In this document: positions 12,942 through 24,345 of the stretch, in pieces
Layout of the letters: each line of letters starts with the position of its first letter
How positions within the stretch are numbered: position 1 is the first letter of the stretch
NCBI GenBank assembly: GCA_032718475.1
Contig: JAUCBJ010007137.1
Location: 12,947 to 76,946 of the forward strand
Source of the DNA: Nemertoderma westbladi
Lineage: Eukaryota; Animalia; Xenacoelomorpha
DNA: 64,000 nt
Direction of reading: 5' to 3'
The notes under the pieces: generated by a model
Database searches by the model: none
What the model was told of the DNA's origin: nothing
Seen by the model: only the letters and a program-made list of their open reading frames with translations
Made by a program: the position numbers and the translations under genes

Positions 12942-13334
12942 TTAACGTTTTGGCATTTCTAGGCAACAGATCGCGAGTACGTCCAACGGCAGGTTGTGAT
13001 GTACTCGGTAAAGCTTGCTTGTTATTTTTTTGATTTGCGATAATTGTGACTTTACTGTTACTGACTTTGTCTGTATTTGGTTTATTGTAAGTCTTGTTGT
13101 ATTGCGACAGTTGATATTTCCTCTTTGTCGTTTTCGTTCACTTAATGTAATTACTTGTTTGATTGATCTGATAAGTTTAGTGCTTTCTTTCTTTCGTTTC
13201 GCGACTGATATTTGTACTGCTCTACATTTTCCATCCTTGCTTATTATTAATTTTTCTACTTTACATAATTTCCAAAAGCAACGAGGACGAAGTCTGTCCT
13301 CCAGTAAACAAATGTCACCTACATTAGGGACCAC
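12942..13334 (-). pseudogene. BEL integrase C-terminal segment (frameshifted)
   Basis: PNVGDICLL..PRCFWKLCKVEKLIISKDGKCRAVQI is a typical BEL integrase C-terminal tail. Confidence 0.8.
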
Positions 13335-13353
13335 TGGTGATTTGGGATCAAGA

Positions 13354-14427
13354 TTACATTTTGTGACTTTCTCTTAAACTAACTACGTATTCTTCCTTCC
13401 ATATTTGCCAAAAATGGTTAGCGGCTCTTTCTTGTCGTTTTAATGATTCAACCAATTGATTCTTTGTTGGTTTATTAATCTTAACTTTGCCTGTAACGTA
13501 AGGTAGAGAACATAATCGCCGACCTACAAGAAAATGTGCGGGTGTTAATGTTTGGTATGATTCCTTGGCGTCATCTGAAATAAATGTAAGTGGACGGCTA
13601 TTAATTGTTGCTTCTGCTGATACAAGAAATGTCATTAGTTCTTCAAATGTTAGTATTGCTCGTCCTATTACCTTCTTCAAGATAAGTTTTGACGGACCGA
13701 CTAACCTTTCTATGAAGCCATATGCTGATGGATTCAATGGGACATTGAATTTCCAGTCCATATGCAGTTTTCCAAATTCCTGTACTACCTCGTCACTTTC
13801 TAAAAATGATTTATGTGCTTTGATTTCCTGCTCCGTCCGTTTAAAAGTTGACGCGTTATCTGAAAATATATATTTAGGAATACCTCTTCTTCCAATGAAT
13901 CGATGGAAAGCTGCAATAAAGGCTTGACATGTTAGATTGCTTACCAACTCCAAATGTACTGCTCGAATGTTAGCGCAAGTAAACAATGCAATGTAAACCT
14001 TGAAAAAAGGAGATTGATTATTATTTGGAATGGTCGTTTGAGGGTTGACTATCGTTAAGGGACCACAAAAATCGATACCAACGGCTTCAAATGGTCCTAA
14101 ATCTGATGAAACACGCTCTGTAGGTAATGGACTTGTTGCGGGGACCGTATAAGGTTTACCTTGTACGTGTTTACATGTAATACATCCATGTATGACTTTG
14201 CGAACTTCTTGTCTACCGCGAGTTATCCAGAATTTTTCCCGAACTTGAACTAAAGTATCCCTCACGCGAGAGTGAGTGACTATTTCATGAGCTTCAAGAA
14301 TAACCAATCGCGTAAAGTAATGTGATTGTGGAAGAAGTATTGGGTTACAAGTATGCCATGAAATGAATGGACTTTGCACACGACCTTTGCTCCGAATTAT
14401 ACCGGTTTGATCTAAAATCAGGTTCAA
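13354..14427 (-). CDS. BEL integrase (HHCC + DDE), frameshifted from pol
   Basis: AHEIVTH...CITC, GIDFCGP, RAVHLE, FSDNA, GFIERLV, INSRPL, LTPAHFL. Confidence 0.9.
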   Translation of the reverse strand: MNLILDQTGIIRSKGRVQSPFISWHTCNPILLPQSHYFTRLVILEAHEIVTHSRVRDTLVQVREKFWITRGRQEVRKVIHGCITCKHVQGKPYTVPATSPLPTERVSSDLGPFEAVGIDFCGPLTIVNPQTTIPNNNQSPFFKVYIALFTCANIRAVHLELVSNLTCQAFIAAFHRFIGRRGIPKYIFSDNASTFKRTEQEIKAHKSFLESDEVVQEFGKLHMDWKFNVPLNPSAYGFIERLVGPSKLILKKVIGRAILTFEELMTFLVSAEATINSRPLTFISDDAKESYQTLTPAHFLVGRRLCSLPYVTGKVKINKPTKNQLVESLKRQERAANHFWQIWKEEYVVSLRESHKM

Positions 14428-17400
14428 CTCAACTGCTTTAACATTGTCGGACGTTTGAGATTCGAATTATCTTTCTGCAAATAGTTTAACTCACTTGGAA
14501 ATGTTTCCAGCTGTATCGCTTTAATAATTACTCCTTCTGCTACAACTAATTCTTCTCTAGTTAGCGCTCCACTTAATTTATTTCCTGAAATTCCTTTACA
14601 CTTCGCTTTTAAATTATTAACAAACCTGTAGATCAAAGCTACTTTCCTGACAAGCGCCACCATGTGGCTTGAATCTGAACAATTAACTAATTGTAAGATT
14701 GACGGTTTCGTGTCTGTTTGTAAGATTGAGACAGTTTGCTTGGCCTTGGTTGATTTAATTTCCTTAATTCCATTTGGAGATAAATGTTCTGACAATATAT
14801 TTTGCACAGGCCAATGTTGAGAATCTTGTTGGAGGTATTCTGGACCGTTAAACCACAAACTAGAATCTACAAGTTTATCTGGTAATAAACCTCGTGTTGG
14901 TATGTCAGCTGGATTTAATGACGTGGGACAGTAACGCCATTCTATGGACAAACGAGATGAAATTGTACGAATTACTTCTACTCTGTTATGCACAAACTCG
15001 TTGTACTTATTTGAATTCCCTATTAACCAATACAATACGACATATGCATCCATCCACATGAATAGTTTGTCTATTGGAGTGGTTAGCGCTGAAACTGAAG
15101 AGTCTATAAGATTTGCTAACAGTACCGCTCCTAAAAGTTCCTTTCTAGGGATTGAAGTGTCATCACCCTCGGTTTGTATGACCTTTGGTTTCTTTGATTT
15201 ATTATGCGACAATGGACATACCTTTGACTTAGCAATTAAAAATTCTACTAAACACGATTTGTCTGTGTATGTTGTTTTGATGTAAATTACACCAACGCAC
15301 AACTTTTTGCTGGCGTCTGAGAACCCGTGCAATTCCACAGTAAGCACATCTTTGGTTTTTGCAAACAAATTTCTCGGGATTTCGACACGGTTTAAATATA
15401 ATAATTTATCCGACCAATTGTTCCACTTTGTTAATAATTCTCCTGAAAGCGGTTCATCCCATTTTTTTGTTGTTCGACACAAATTTTGAAATTCCGCTTT
15501 TATGAGACCAGTGAATGGGATTAAAATGTCGAAAGGGTCATATAAACGAGCAGAAAGCTGTAAAATAGCTTTCTTGTTTTTTGTTAATAATTTTACGTAA
15601 TCGTAAACTGGTGTTACATCAAAACAAAATGTGTCGTTCTTTGTGGACCAGCCTTGGCCTAAAACACGTTTTATGTCTGATGTTTGAGACAAAGGTATGT
15701 TCAAAGAAGATTGGGCATATGTTTGTTTGTCTTCTACTATTTCTGTTAAAATTTTATTGTTATTATTTAACTTACCACATGACTCTTTATCAAACTCTCT
15801 TTGTAATTCTGGAGAATTTGTCACCCACCTACGAATATTAAATCCTCCGGCTTGAAGAATGTTGCACGCGTCTGTCTTGAATTTTATACCTTCCTGAATA
15901 GTTTTAACACCTGTGGCCAAGTCGTCTACGTATAGATCTTTCAACTTATCGATTGCTGAATGTTGAGATTTGTCTAAGATTGAACGTTGTGTCTCAAGAT
16001 GTGTATCAAGCGTCTCCGCCAGAATATTGGATGAGCATATCAAACCGAAAAGTGCTCGAGTATACCTGTAAACACAAATATCCAATGAATCAAAATTAAT
16101 GTTTTCTATATCCGGTACCCATAGAAACCTCAGACAATCTCGATCTAATGTATTAATTTGGCATCGCAAAAATGCTTGCTCTATGTCGGCCGTAATTACA
16201 ATAGCATGTTCTCTTAATCGTATGATAACTTTGAGTAACAGGGGAACATTGTTTGGTCCTTTATGAAGGCATTCATTTAATGAAGTGTCCCCAGGATAAC
16301 ATTTTGCTGAGCCGTTGAAAACAACACGTAACTTTGTTGATTCTCGTTCTTCACGTAGCACGCCGTGATGTGGTATGTAATGTACTTGGGTCTGAGTTGG
16401 TTCGTCAAGTGAAACTGCTTCAATGTATCCTTTTGATAAATGTTCTTGAAATACGCTGTTGTATCTCTCTAATAGGCCAGTCTTATGTAAACGACGAATT
16501 AGAGAATGTAATTGTTTATTACATAGGGAATAATGGTCAATTAATTTGTCGTGATGTAATGTCCAAGGCAAATCAACCGTATATAAACCGTTAGTGTCAA
16601 ACCGTATATTTAATAGTTCTTTGAATGATATCTCGTTTTCTGGTGGAAATATCCCAAAACTGTCTAATGCCCAAAATTTTTTAAGGATTTCGAAAAAATT
16701 TTCATTGACCGAGATTCCAGTACTTTGCCTTTGTAACTCAGACTTAACCAACATACATGTATTTGTACTGTTATTTTGAATTTTGTTTTCTCTAACATTT
16801 GTATCACTTTCCATTTTACCGGAAAGTAGCCAACCCACCCCTGAGTCCAGAGCTACCAATCCCGTTCCGGAAATACGAAACATTTTCCCAGTTACTATAT
16901 CCCAGTAGTAATCTGAGCCAATTAAAATTTCAACTTCAAACGGTTGATCACTATGGTTTTTATTAAGTATGTCGTCTACTATGTTTGAATTAATACTGTC
17001 CGTAATGTCTTTAGAACAAATGTTATTTTGAATTGGGGAACAAATGTTATCTACAACCAATGCTGATACGACAACCGTTTTCTTGTCACGTAGAACTAAT
17101 GTAATCTGAGCAATTTCTAACAATGAAACATTTGAATTGACATCCTCACCTGGAATTCCTTGGAAATTATTGACTTCAATAAGTTCGGTTCCTATAATGG
17201 GTAAGTTGTAATTTTGAATTATGGATTTCACAATGAATGACCGCTGACTTCCTTGATCAAAAAATCCTTTAACCTGAAATGAATTTGAATCATTAACCGA
17301 CTGATACTGACAATTCATTATTGCCGTTTGAAGAATACCATTTGAAGTTATTACCGATAAACCTGAAACTTGAACAGACAATGTTGAACTATTATTAACA

Positions 17401-17912
17401 GATATTACGTTAACCGATGTTTTGTTGATATCTTTTAATGGTTTTTGGATTTGTGGACGAGACATTGTCAGTTTGTTACATATTGCAGCGTGGTGTCCAT
17501 ATTTCTTGCAATTATAACAAGGTTTGTCACGTGGACAGTCCCTTGCTATATGGCCACCATTGATACACCTGTAACACAGTCGTTTATTTGATAGAATGTG
17601 TTTACGCTGCTCAATATCTGTAATGACTTGACAGTTTGATGAATAGTGCGTTTGATCACAAAATACGCACTTTATTACCGGTACTTGTGATTTATTTTGA
17701 TGTTGAAAATTTCCCTGTTGTTGTTTGGGCTTTACAATGTTTGTTGCATTGGCAGTAATTGGAAAAGCCGCTACTGTAGATGTCATTGATCTATCATTTT
17801 GTCTCTGTGTTGTTATTTTGTTTATGGAATTTGTTCCGTTTGTTTCATTTTTATATGTGTTCATCACTTCCTCACTTGCTAATCGTGTACCTATTTGGTT
17901 CATTAGCCACAA
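14424..17912 (-). CDS. BEL Gag C-terminus/protease/RT/RNase H polyprotein
   Basis: Three zinc knuckles, FFDQGSQRSF protease motif, YIPHHGV..KLRVVF, ADIEQAF, LYVDD, LHGFSDAS. Confidence 0.92.
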   Translation of the reverse strand: MWLMNQIGTRLASEEVMNTYKNETNGTNSINKITTQRQNDRSMTSTVAAFPITANATNIVKPKQQQGNFQHQNKSQVPVIKCVFCDQTHYSSNCQVITDIEQRKHILSNKRLCYRCINGGHIARDCPRDKPCYNCKKYGHHAAICNKLTMSRPQIQKPLKDINKTSVNVISVNNSSTLSVQVSGLSVITSNGILQTAIMNCQYQSVNDSNSFQVKGFFDQGSQRSFIVKSIIQNYNLPIIGTELIEVNNFQGIPGEDVNSNVSLLEIAQITLVLRDKKTVVVSALVVDNICSPIQNNICSKDITDSINSNIVDDILNKNHSDQPFEVEILIGSDYYWDIVTGKMFRISGTGLVALDSGVGWLLSGKMESDTNVRENKIQNNSTNTCMLVKSELQRQSTGISVNENFFEILKKFWALDSFGIFPPENEISFKELLNIRFDTNGLYTVDLPWTLHHDKLIDHYSLCNKQLHSLIRRLHKTGLLERYNSVFQEHLSKGYIEAVSLDEPTQTQVHYIPHHGVLREERESTKLRVVFNGSAKCYPGDTSLNECLHKGPNNVPLLLKVIIRLREHAIVITADIEQAFLRCQINTLDRDCLRFLWVPDIENINFDSLDICVYRYTRALFGLICSSNILAETLDTHLETQRSILDKSQHSAIDKLKDLYVDDLATGVKTIQEGIKFKTDACNILQAGGFNIRRWVTNSPELQREFDKESCGKLNNNNKILTEIVEDKQTYAQSSLNIPLSQTSDIKRVLGQGWSTKNDTFCFDVTPVYDYVKLLTKNKKAILQLSARLYDPFDILIPFTGLIKAEFQNLCRTTKKWDEPLSGELLTKWNNWSDKLLYLNRVEIPRNLFAKTKDVLTVELHGFSDASKKLCVGVIYIKTTYTDKSCLVEFLIAKSKVCPLSHNKSKKPKVIQTEGDDTSIPRKELLGAVLLANLIDSSVSALTTPIDKLFMWMDAYVVLYWLIGNSNKYNEFVHNRVEVIRTISSRLSIEWRYCPTSLNPADIPTRGLLPDKLVDSSLWFNGPEYLQQDSQHWPVQNILSEHLSPNGIKEIKSTKAKQTVSILQTDTKPSILQLVNCSDSSHMVALVRKVALIYRFVNNLKAKCKGISGNKLSGALTREELVVAEGVIIKAIQLETFPSELNYLQKDNSNLKRPTMLKQLS

Positions 17913-17939
17913 TAAATCATCAATGTTGTTATTTTTCTT

Positions 17940-18830
17940 TTCTAGTATTTTAGTGCCATATGCAAAATTAAAGTTTTCATGATGTCTGGTATCACAGTTA
18001 TTTGATATTGTTGTGGATTAGTGCCAAGTGCTTACAATGCTCGTATGTGTGTCATACATGTATTGTGTACTTGTCTCAATGTTAATTGTTTATTCGCAAT
18101 ATTTCGTAGCTTTTCTATGTGTGCCTGTATGATTCGGTGTTTCGAACCATACCTTTGTTCTAAAAGATCCATGGCTACTGGATAATTTTCGCTAGTGATT
18201 GATAGACCACAACTACTGCTTTAGCTTCACCTTGCACTGCTTGCATTAAATGTTGTAACTTAAGTACATCTGGAAGACCAGAATCGTGTAAAAGCACTAC
18301 GGAATGAATCTCGCCAACCACAAAAATCTAAAACGTCACCGCTGAAAATAGGTCTATCCAATTTTGGAAGCACTGATCTGGCATATTGACTACTTATAGC
18401 ATATGTACTACTACTAACTGCACTTGAACCTGGATTTATTGCACCAATACTAACATTCGTACTTGTAGGTAGATTTGAGGCTGCTGAAAGAGACATTTCT
18501 AACATAGTTATAGTTTTAGTGAGTCTAACCTTATATTAATTAGGTTGCTTCGTTGATATCTTTGTTGATTTGAGATTGGTCGAGTAGACCCCAGATTTCG
18601 TCGTCGAATTTGTCGAGACTCTCCGTGTAAGAGTTTAGGATTTTGAGCTTCGATCGTTTCTTTTCGAATGTCAACTGGTTAAGATCTTCTGCGTCCAACT
18701 CGTTGAGGATTTTCGTTGCTGCGGACCGCTTTGCTCCTCTGCTTCTTATGAGTTGTTTGAACTCGATTTCGTCGTGGCTGGCTTGGATCGTGAGATTGTT
18801 GGGTAGGATCTTTTTTACTCATTGTGAATG
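17940..18830 (-). pseudogene. Decayed BEL gag N-terminal part
   Basis: LPKLDRPIFSGDVLDFCGWRDSF in ORF 18260-18505; surrounding frames are broken. Confidence 0.7.
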
Positions 18831-18926
18831 TAATGAACTTGCCGAATAATGACGATGAACAGTTTACACAATAATGTAATGTATTTATTTAATGAACTAA
18901 ATGAGTTTTTAATATCGGGCGCCAAT

Positions 18927-19271
18927 TGTTGTGGATCTTCCCCAAGTGGAAGTCCATTTATGGAATGGAAAATAATAGTATACTAAATACGGAAAGATAC
19001 TATACTATATATTGAAACTCAATTTGGCACTAGTTGGAATAAATTCTTTAACAACTATATATTACGTACTGCACAAACTGTGAGGTTAACATATGGTTGG
19101 TCTAATTAATTTGCACATTACAGTTAATTAATGGCTTCTATGGATAGACCTTTACGCGGATTTATTTCTGGGGCAAACATTATATACTTAGTGTGTTGGC
19201 TAATCAATTTAAACAATGTATTGCAATTTACTACGTATTGGTTTCATTATTACAGATCACATTACATAACA
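18927..19271 (-). repeat. 5' LTR of the first BEL element
   Basis: Followed on the minus strand by at + TGGCGCCCGA (PBS). Confidence 0.95.
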
Positions 19272-20414
19272 TTACTGTCAAGCAATAAAATAACAACAAT
19301 AAATAATAACATATTAATCTTACCAAACCAATAAACTATGTTATTGCCAATTGAAGGAAAGGATCAGGTTAAAGAGATGGTTTTTCTAACCAAAACAATA
19401 AACGATGTTGTTACTAAAAAGGGAAGGAGTAGGAGTAAAAAAATTATGAACATGAGGGGGAGACAGGAATGGGGGGGGGGGGGGGGGGGGGGGGGGGGTG
19501 GAGGGTAACATGAATGGTGGTGGTAGGAGGTAAATTGAAAATATGAGGGTATAACAGCCGGGGGGGGGGGGGGGGGGGGGGGGGTAGCAGCAAAACAGGC
19601 AGCTGAACAACGTAACCGAACGTCGCTTTCAATTAATTTCCATCTAATTAGGAAGATGGAATGTATACAAAACGGCGGTACTTTGATCGAAGCTCACGTT
19701 CCCATGGTAGTATTAATTCCAGTTAATCACTTAATATCTGATCGTCTGATGGCAAGCATCACCATCGCTCATATTAATATCCATTGGCAACCATGGACCC
19801 CTATTAATGTTTTGTGTCCCTCATTAATGTTTGCGTCCCTCAATAATGTTTGTGTCTCTCATTAATATTTGTGTCCTGGCCGCAATACAAACCAGTATAT
19901 AAATTATAAATTACGGGGTTTCGCCAGGCTATTGTTTCTGATTTAAGGGGTTTTACAGGTTGTTATTTCTAATTTAAGGGGTTTTGCCAGGTGGACTGAA
20001 TTTCATACTTGAATTTACGGTGTTTTGCAAGCCAATTATTGACTTGTGGGGTTCTGCCTCGAAGTGGGCATAAGTTACGGGGAACTGTATTTGGCTTATA
20101 ACTCAAAAATGGCTGGTAGAAAAGCTTCGGGGTTCTGCCAGACGAAAAAGCCGATATCGAATTACCCAAAAAGTCAAAAACATGAAAATCGAAAAAAATC
20201 GACTTAGGGGGTTCTGCCTTGAAGGTGACGATTACTACTACTATATTATCAGACTATTATTACTACTATTACTATTATTTACTAGCTTAATTATGTAATA
20301 TTTTAGCTTAATCTATTAGTTTAATTACGATTTACTGTGCGCGTACGTAATCTTAATTACATTCTACCGTAAAACATTACCAATATTATAATTAATATTT
20401 ACCCCGACTGGGGT

Positions 20415-22823
20415 TGTGGGGCGAGCCACGAAGTGAGTGAGCCTTAGCGTAGTGGTACCATTAATCAACCTGTGGGGCGAGCCACGAAGTGAGTGAGCCT
20501 TAGCGTAGTGGTACCATTAATCAACCTGTCGTTCTGTCGTTCTGTCGTTCTGTCGTTCTGTCGCGTTCAATTTTAAACGTTAATAACTCGGCCAATCTTT
20601 GATGAAATCTATCCAAACTTGGTACACATGTTGTTTGGCAAAAGTTTAGAAATTTTCCAAGTAGAATTTCCGTGTGGCCTTCGAGAAGCTAAGATAATAG
20701 CAGTTAATTAGTTAATTAAGTTGATTACGGTGAAAACACCATTTTCAACCTGCCTTTTAAAGGAAATTAATTGTTTTACAGTATAAGATTTAAATAATTA
20801 TACTTAAAAATTATACAGATATAATCCCCATACGCCATTCTATTATAGTTTTTAATTAGTTCAAGTGATTTGCTTTAATAAATGTGTCTTTAATTGATCT
20901 AAACGTAATTAAACCGCACAATTATTGAGTACGAATTTAATCCTCCCCATTATTGGTCAAGTCTCTGCTGGTGTGGAGCTAGCTGCTGGGAGTTGTGGCT
21001 GTAGACTAACCAGAGAGGAATTGTAATAGGCAACCAGTATTGCTCTTCAGCCCAGACAGCATTCTTTAAATCCAACATCCCAACATCCTTCCTGTATTCC
21101 AATTCCTATTGACTCTACTATAAGTGTTGTATTATTATCACTATCACTGAATTGTGTTTAATATAGGCTGGACGGGCCGCATAACCGTTCGACTACTACT
21201 ACTATTGCTATCTCAGGTAAATGACAGATATAATAACATAATACAATCCATGGCATGGCTCTTGTAGGCTTCTGAAATAGTTTATTCCACAATGTATATG
21301 TCTGGTTATTTTTTAATTGAATTTTTGCAAAGTAGTAAAATTAATGTTCTTAAAAATAATATTATTATTTTATATGTAACCTAGGAAATTAGCTACATTT
21401 TTTCGCTGCAGCTTTAAGAGTGTACATTGATTTAATATTATTTCAATACCCATATTACTACATCGGCATAAGATGCGTTGGCGTTGTATCACACATCTCC
21501 ACATATCACACATCTCCACATAGATGTATCAACAGTTACTCGCACAGTTTCGAAACTTCGCATAGTTATAACTGTATAAAGATCGTCAGTCTGCGTTTAG
21601 GAAAAATATTTTATGACAAAACAGGACAAGCGACGAGCGCAACGAGGCATATAATGAAGACGAGTACTGCGTTGACTAAATTATTAAATAAACCACCTGG
21701 CTTCACATATTGATCGCATCCCTAGTTATTATTATTATAAAGATCGTCCTAGCCTGCGTTTAAGAAATATATTTAAATACAAAACAGGACGAACGCAAAG
21801 AGGCTTATAATGAAAACGAGTACTGCGTTTATTATATTCCTATAAACCACCTGGCTTTGCATATTTAACGTGCGATTGGAAATAAGTTCGTGCTACCCTT
21901 CCGTGGGTGGTAGATGTCGCGGTTATGTATTGGTGGTTGGGAAGGGTGGGGGGGGGGGGGGAGATTAAAAGGGGTGAACACGTACTGTCCCCCTTTCTTT
22001 GATTGATTGGTGGTGTGGGTAAATTTCTCAAAACCTGATTTTGTGATACAGTCGCTCAATTTTAATTTGTATCTAATAACTAGGCCTCGTGCTGCGCGAA
22101 GGCCCCACGAACGTGTCGTTCTGTCGTTCTGTCGCGCTCAATTTTAAACGTTAATAACTCGGCCAATCTTTGATGAAATCTATCCAAACTTGGTACACAT
22201 GTTGTTTGGCAAAAGTTTAGAAATTTTCCAAGTAGAATTTCCGTGTGGCCTTCGAGAAGCTAAGATAATAGCAGTTAATTAGTTAATTAAGTTGATTACG
22301 GTGAAAACACCATTTTCAACCTGCCTTTTAAAGGAAATTAATTGTTTTACAGTATAAGATTTAAATAATTATACTTAAAAATTATACAGATATAATCCCC
22401 CTACGCCATTCTATTATAGTTTTTAATTAGTTCATGTGATTTGCTTTAATAAATGTGTCTTTAATTGATCTAAACGTAATTAAACCGCACAATTATTGAG
22501 TACAAATTTAATCCTTCCCATTATTGGTCAAGTCTCTGCTGGTGTGGAGCTAGCTGCTGGGAGTTGTGGCTGTAGACTAACCAGAGAGGAATTGTAATAG
22601 GCAACCAGTATTGCTATTCCAGCCCAGACAGCATTCTTTAAATCCAACATCCCAACATCCTTCCTGTATTCCAATTCCTATTGACTCTACTATAAGTGTT
22701 GTATTATTATCACTATCACTGAATTGTGCTTATTATAGGCTGGACGGGCCGCATAACCGTTCGACTACTACTACTATTGCTATCTCAGGTAAATGACAGA
22801 TATAATAACATAAATACAATCCA
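20415..22823 (+). mobile_element. HINE/DINE-1-like element with head duplication and a tandem partial second unit
   Basis: Same 5' end tgtggggcgagccacgaag (56-bp head duplicated), (gtcgttct)n, core ataactc...aaacttggtacacatg, 3' end gctgcgcgaaggccccac at ~22090-22115. 22114-22823 repeats 20545-21250. Confidence 0.7.
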
Positions 22824-23919
22824 GGGTATCTAAACAAACAGATACAATACACAAACGACTACTGGCGAGAAGCAGAGCCTAGTGTCTATTCTATGTACGT
22901 GAGCGGGTCTAATGCCTACGAACTAGACAAAAGGAAACCTGTCCTCTAACCGGTATGGCAGATGTACAGTTACAGTAACAGACCAAACTCACGGGAAAAC
23001 AATCCCCGCGCAGCGAATCCTAACTATCGCTGACAGTCCTAAATACCGTAACTTGCCACGGTGTGATTTATATGGTTTATATACGAGCTAGTGGGTTAAC
23101 AGACCTAGCGTAACAATACTGATCCCCCTGTACAAAATCAGTCTAAAGAGGGTCGTGCCTAATGTAACGATACCGTTGCTCAGACAAACAACAGTTTAAT
23201 AACGAAATAAATACTCCCTTTTGCCGTAACTAAATATCAGATCCTAAACTTACAAATACGAATAGTAAATTACAGATAAATTCTGCCTAAAGGTAATCTA
23301 AAGTGCGCTATCTAGTAGAACTCTAAAGGTAAATATGTTTTTGGGCGTGTGTGTGGGTGTGTTACAATAAAACAATTTTGGTGTATATCATTTTACTAGG
23401 TTTTAGTAATTCTCTGACCGAAACAATACCGTGCGCTAGCTACTAAAATAAGCTAGTCGCGTTTTGTAGAACTTTATACTTACAAATGACGTCAAAGCTC
23501 TCTCCTTCCTATCCACAACTCAACCTGGCAATTACGGTGTTAGTAACTACACCCGTGATCGGCACAAATACCAGATTCTGGTTGTAAGATAAGAAATAGG
23601 GGTTAATCGCTACCGTACGTTAGCTGATCTGGTATACAAATTTGATTCTAGAACTTTGTTGCTGCGGTAGTTAGCAGCAAATACCTATCAGTACGTGGCA
23701 AGGCGCGGTAGGATATTAATAAAACCTCCCTAGGCCAAGCGGTGTGCCGGTAGCAGAAATACTCCTTGCCTGATCAAATAATTAAGTTCAGACAGAGGGG
23801 GGGGGGGGGGGGGGGGGGGGTACTAATGTATGTTCTACAAAGCGAACCGGTACCAAACGGTCAGTACTACGAATAACTAAATTATGGAACATATCATATG
23901 CTGTCCGTACCTAATATGT
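22820..23919 (-). repeat. Element B 3' LTR, distal part
   Basis: Matches 54827-55918. Confidence 0.9.
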
Positions 23920-24047
23920 TATAGAATTATATTCCCTAAATGCCGTGGATTTTCAAAATTTTATTTTATTCGAATTAACTTTGTAAAAGATTGCTTTGAA
24001 GTTCTCATTTGTATTTGTTATATCTATTGTACACCTATCGGTCAAGT

Positions 24048-24134
24048 GGTTCAGTAGCTCAGTCGGTAGAGCGTTGGAAATTATATGTGTAGTAGGTATT
24101 GAGTTCGAATCCTAGTAAGTGCGAATTATTTTTT
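24048..24134 (+). ncRNA. tRNA-like Pol III unit within the A LTR
   Basis: TAGCTCAGTCGGTAGAGC (A box, paired D-arm), GAGTTCGAATCC (B box), T6 run. No acceptor or anticodon stem. Transcription not demonstrated. Confidence 0.6.
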
Positions 24135-24184
24135 GTGCAGAATTTCAACTCATTTAAATTAACCGCTACAAATTAATTGCATTT

Positions 24185-24345
24185 GTCTGTACCAATGAGA
24201 CTGTAGTTATTTGATTGTAACCAATGTCGTGCAAGTTATATATTAGCTGGACCAATAGCTATCTTTAAAACCCTGTTAGAACCTATAGAACAATCGAGAA
24301 TTTTCTCGATTGATTGCAGCACAAATTTGCTATATAAAGGTGCGA
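24185..24345 (+). promoter_or_regulatory. LTR Pol II promoter: three CCAAT boxes and a TATA box
   Basis: ccaat at ~24192, 24221 and 24253; tatataaag at ~24331; aataaa at ~24449. The same layout occurs in the B LTR (42915-43055, minus strand). Confidence 0.65.

Larger units (their letters stand above)
11999..19271 (-). mobile_element. Full-length BEL/Pao LTR retrotransposon (frameshifted)
   Basis: TG...CA LTRs at 11999-12336 and 18927-19271; 5-bp TSD ttact; PBS TGGCGCCCGA next to the 5' LTR; PPT aaaagggggag; domain order gag-PR-RT-RH-IN. Confidence 0.95.

Noticed and set aside
13015-17982. Numerous short antisense ORFs over BEL pol genes (also over elements A and B)
   Set aside because: Shadow frames with no recognisable motifs.
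19386-19632. Proline-rich ORFs
   Set aside because: Produced by poly-G runs, whose lengths may also be sequencing-error prone.
24048-24134. Functional tRNA gene
   Set aside because: Acceptor, anticodon and T stems do not pair; only the promoter boxes and D-arm are tRNA-like.
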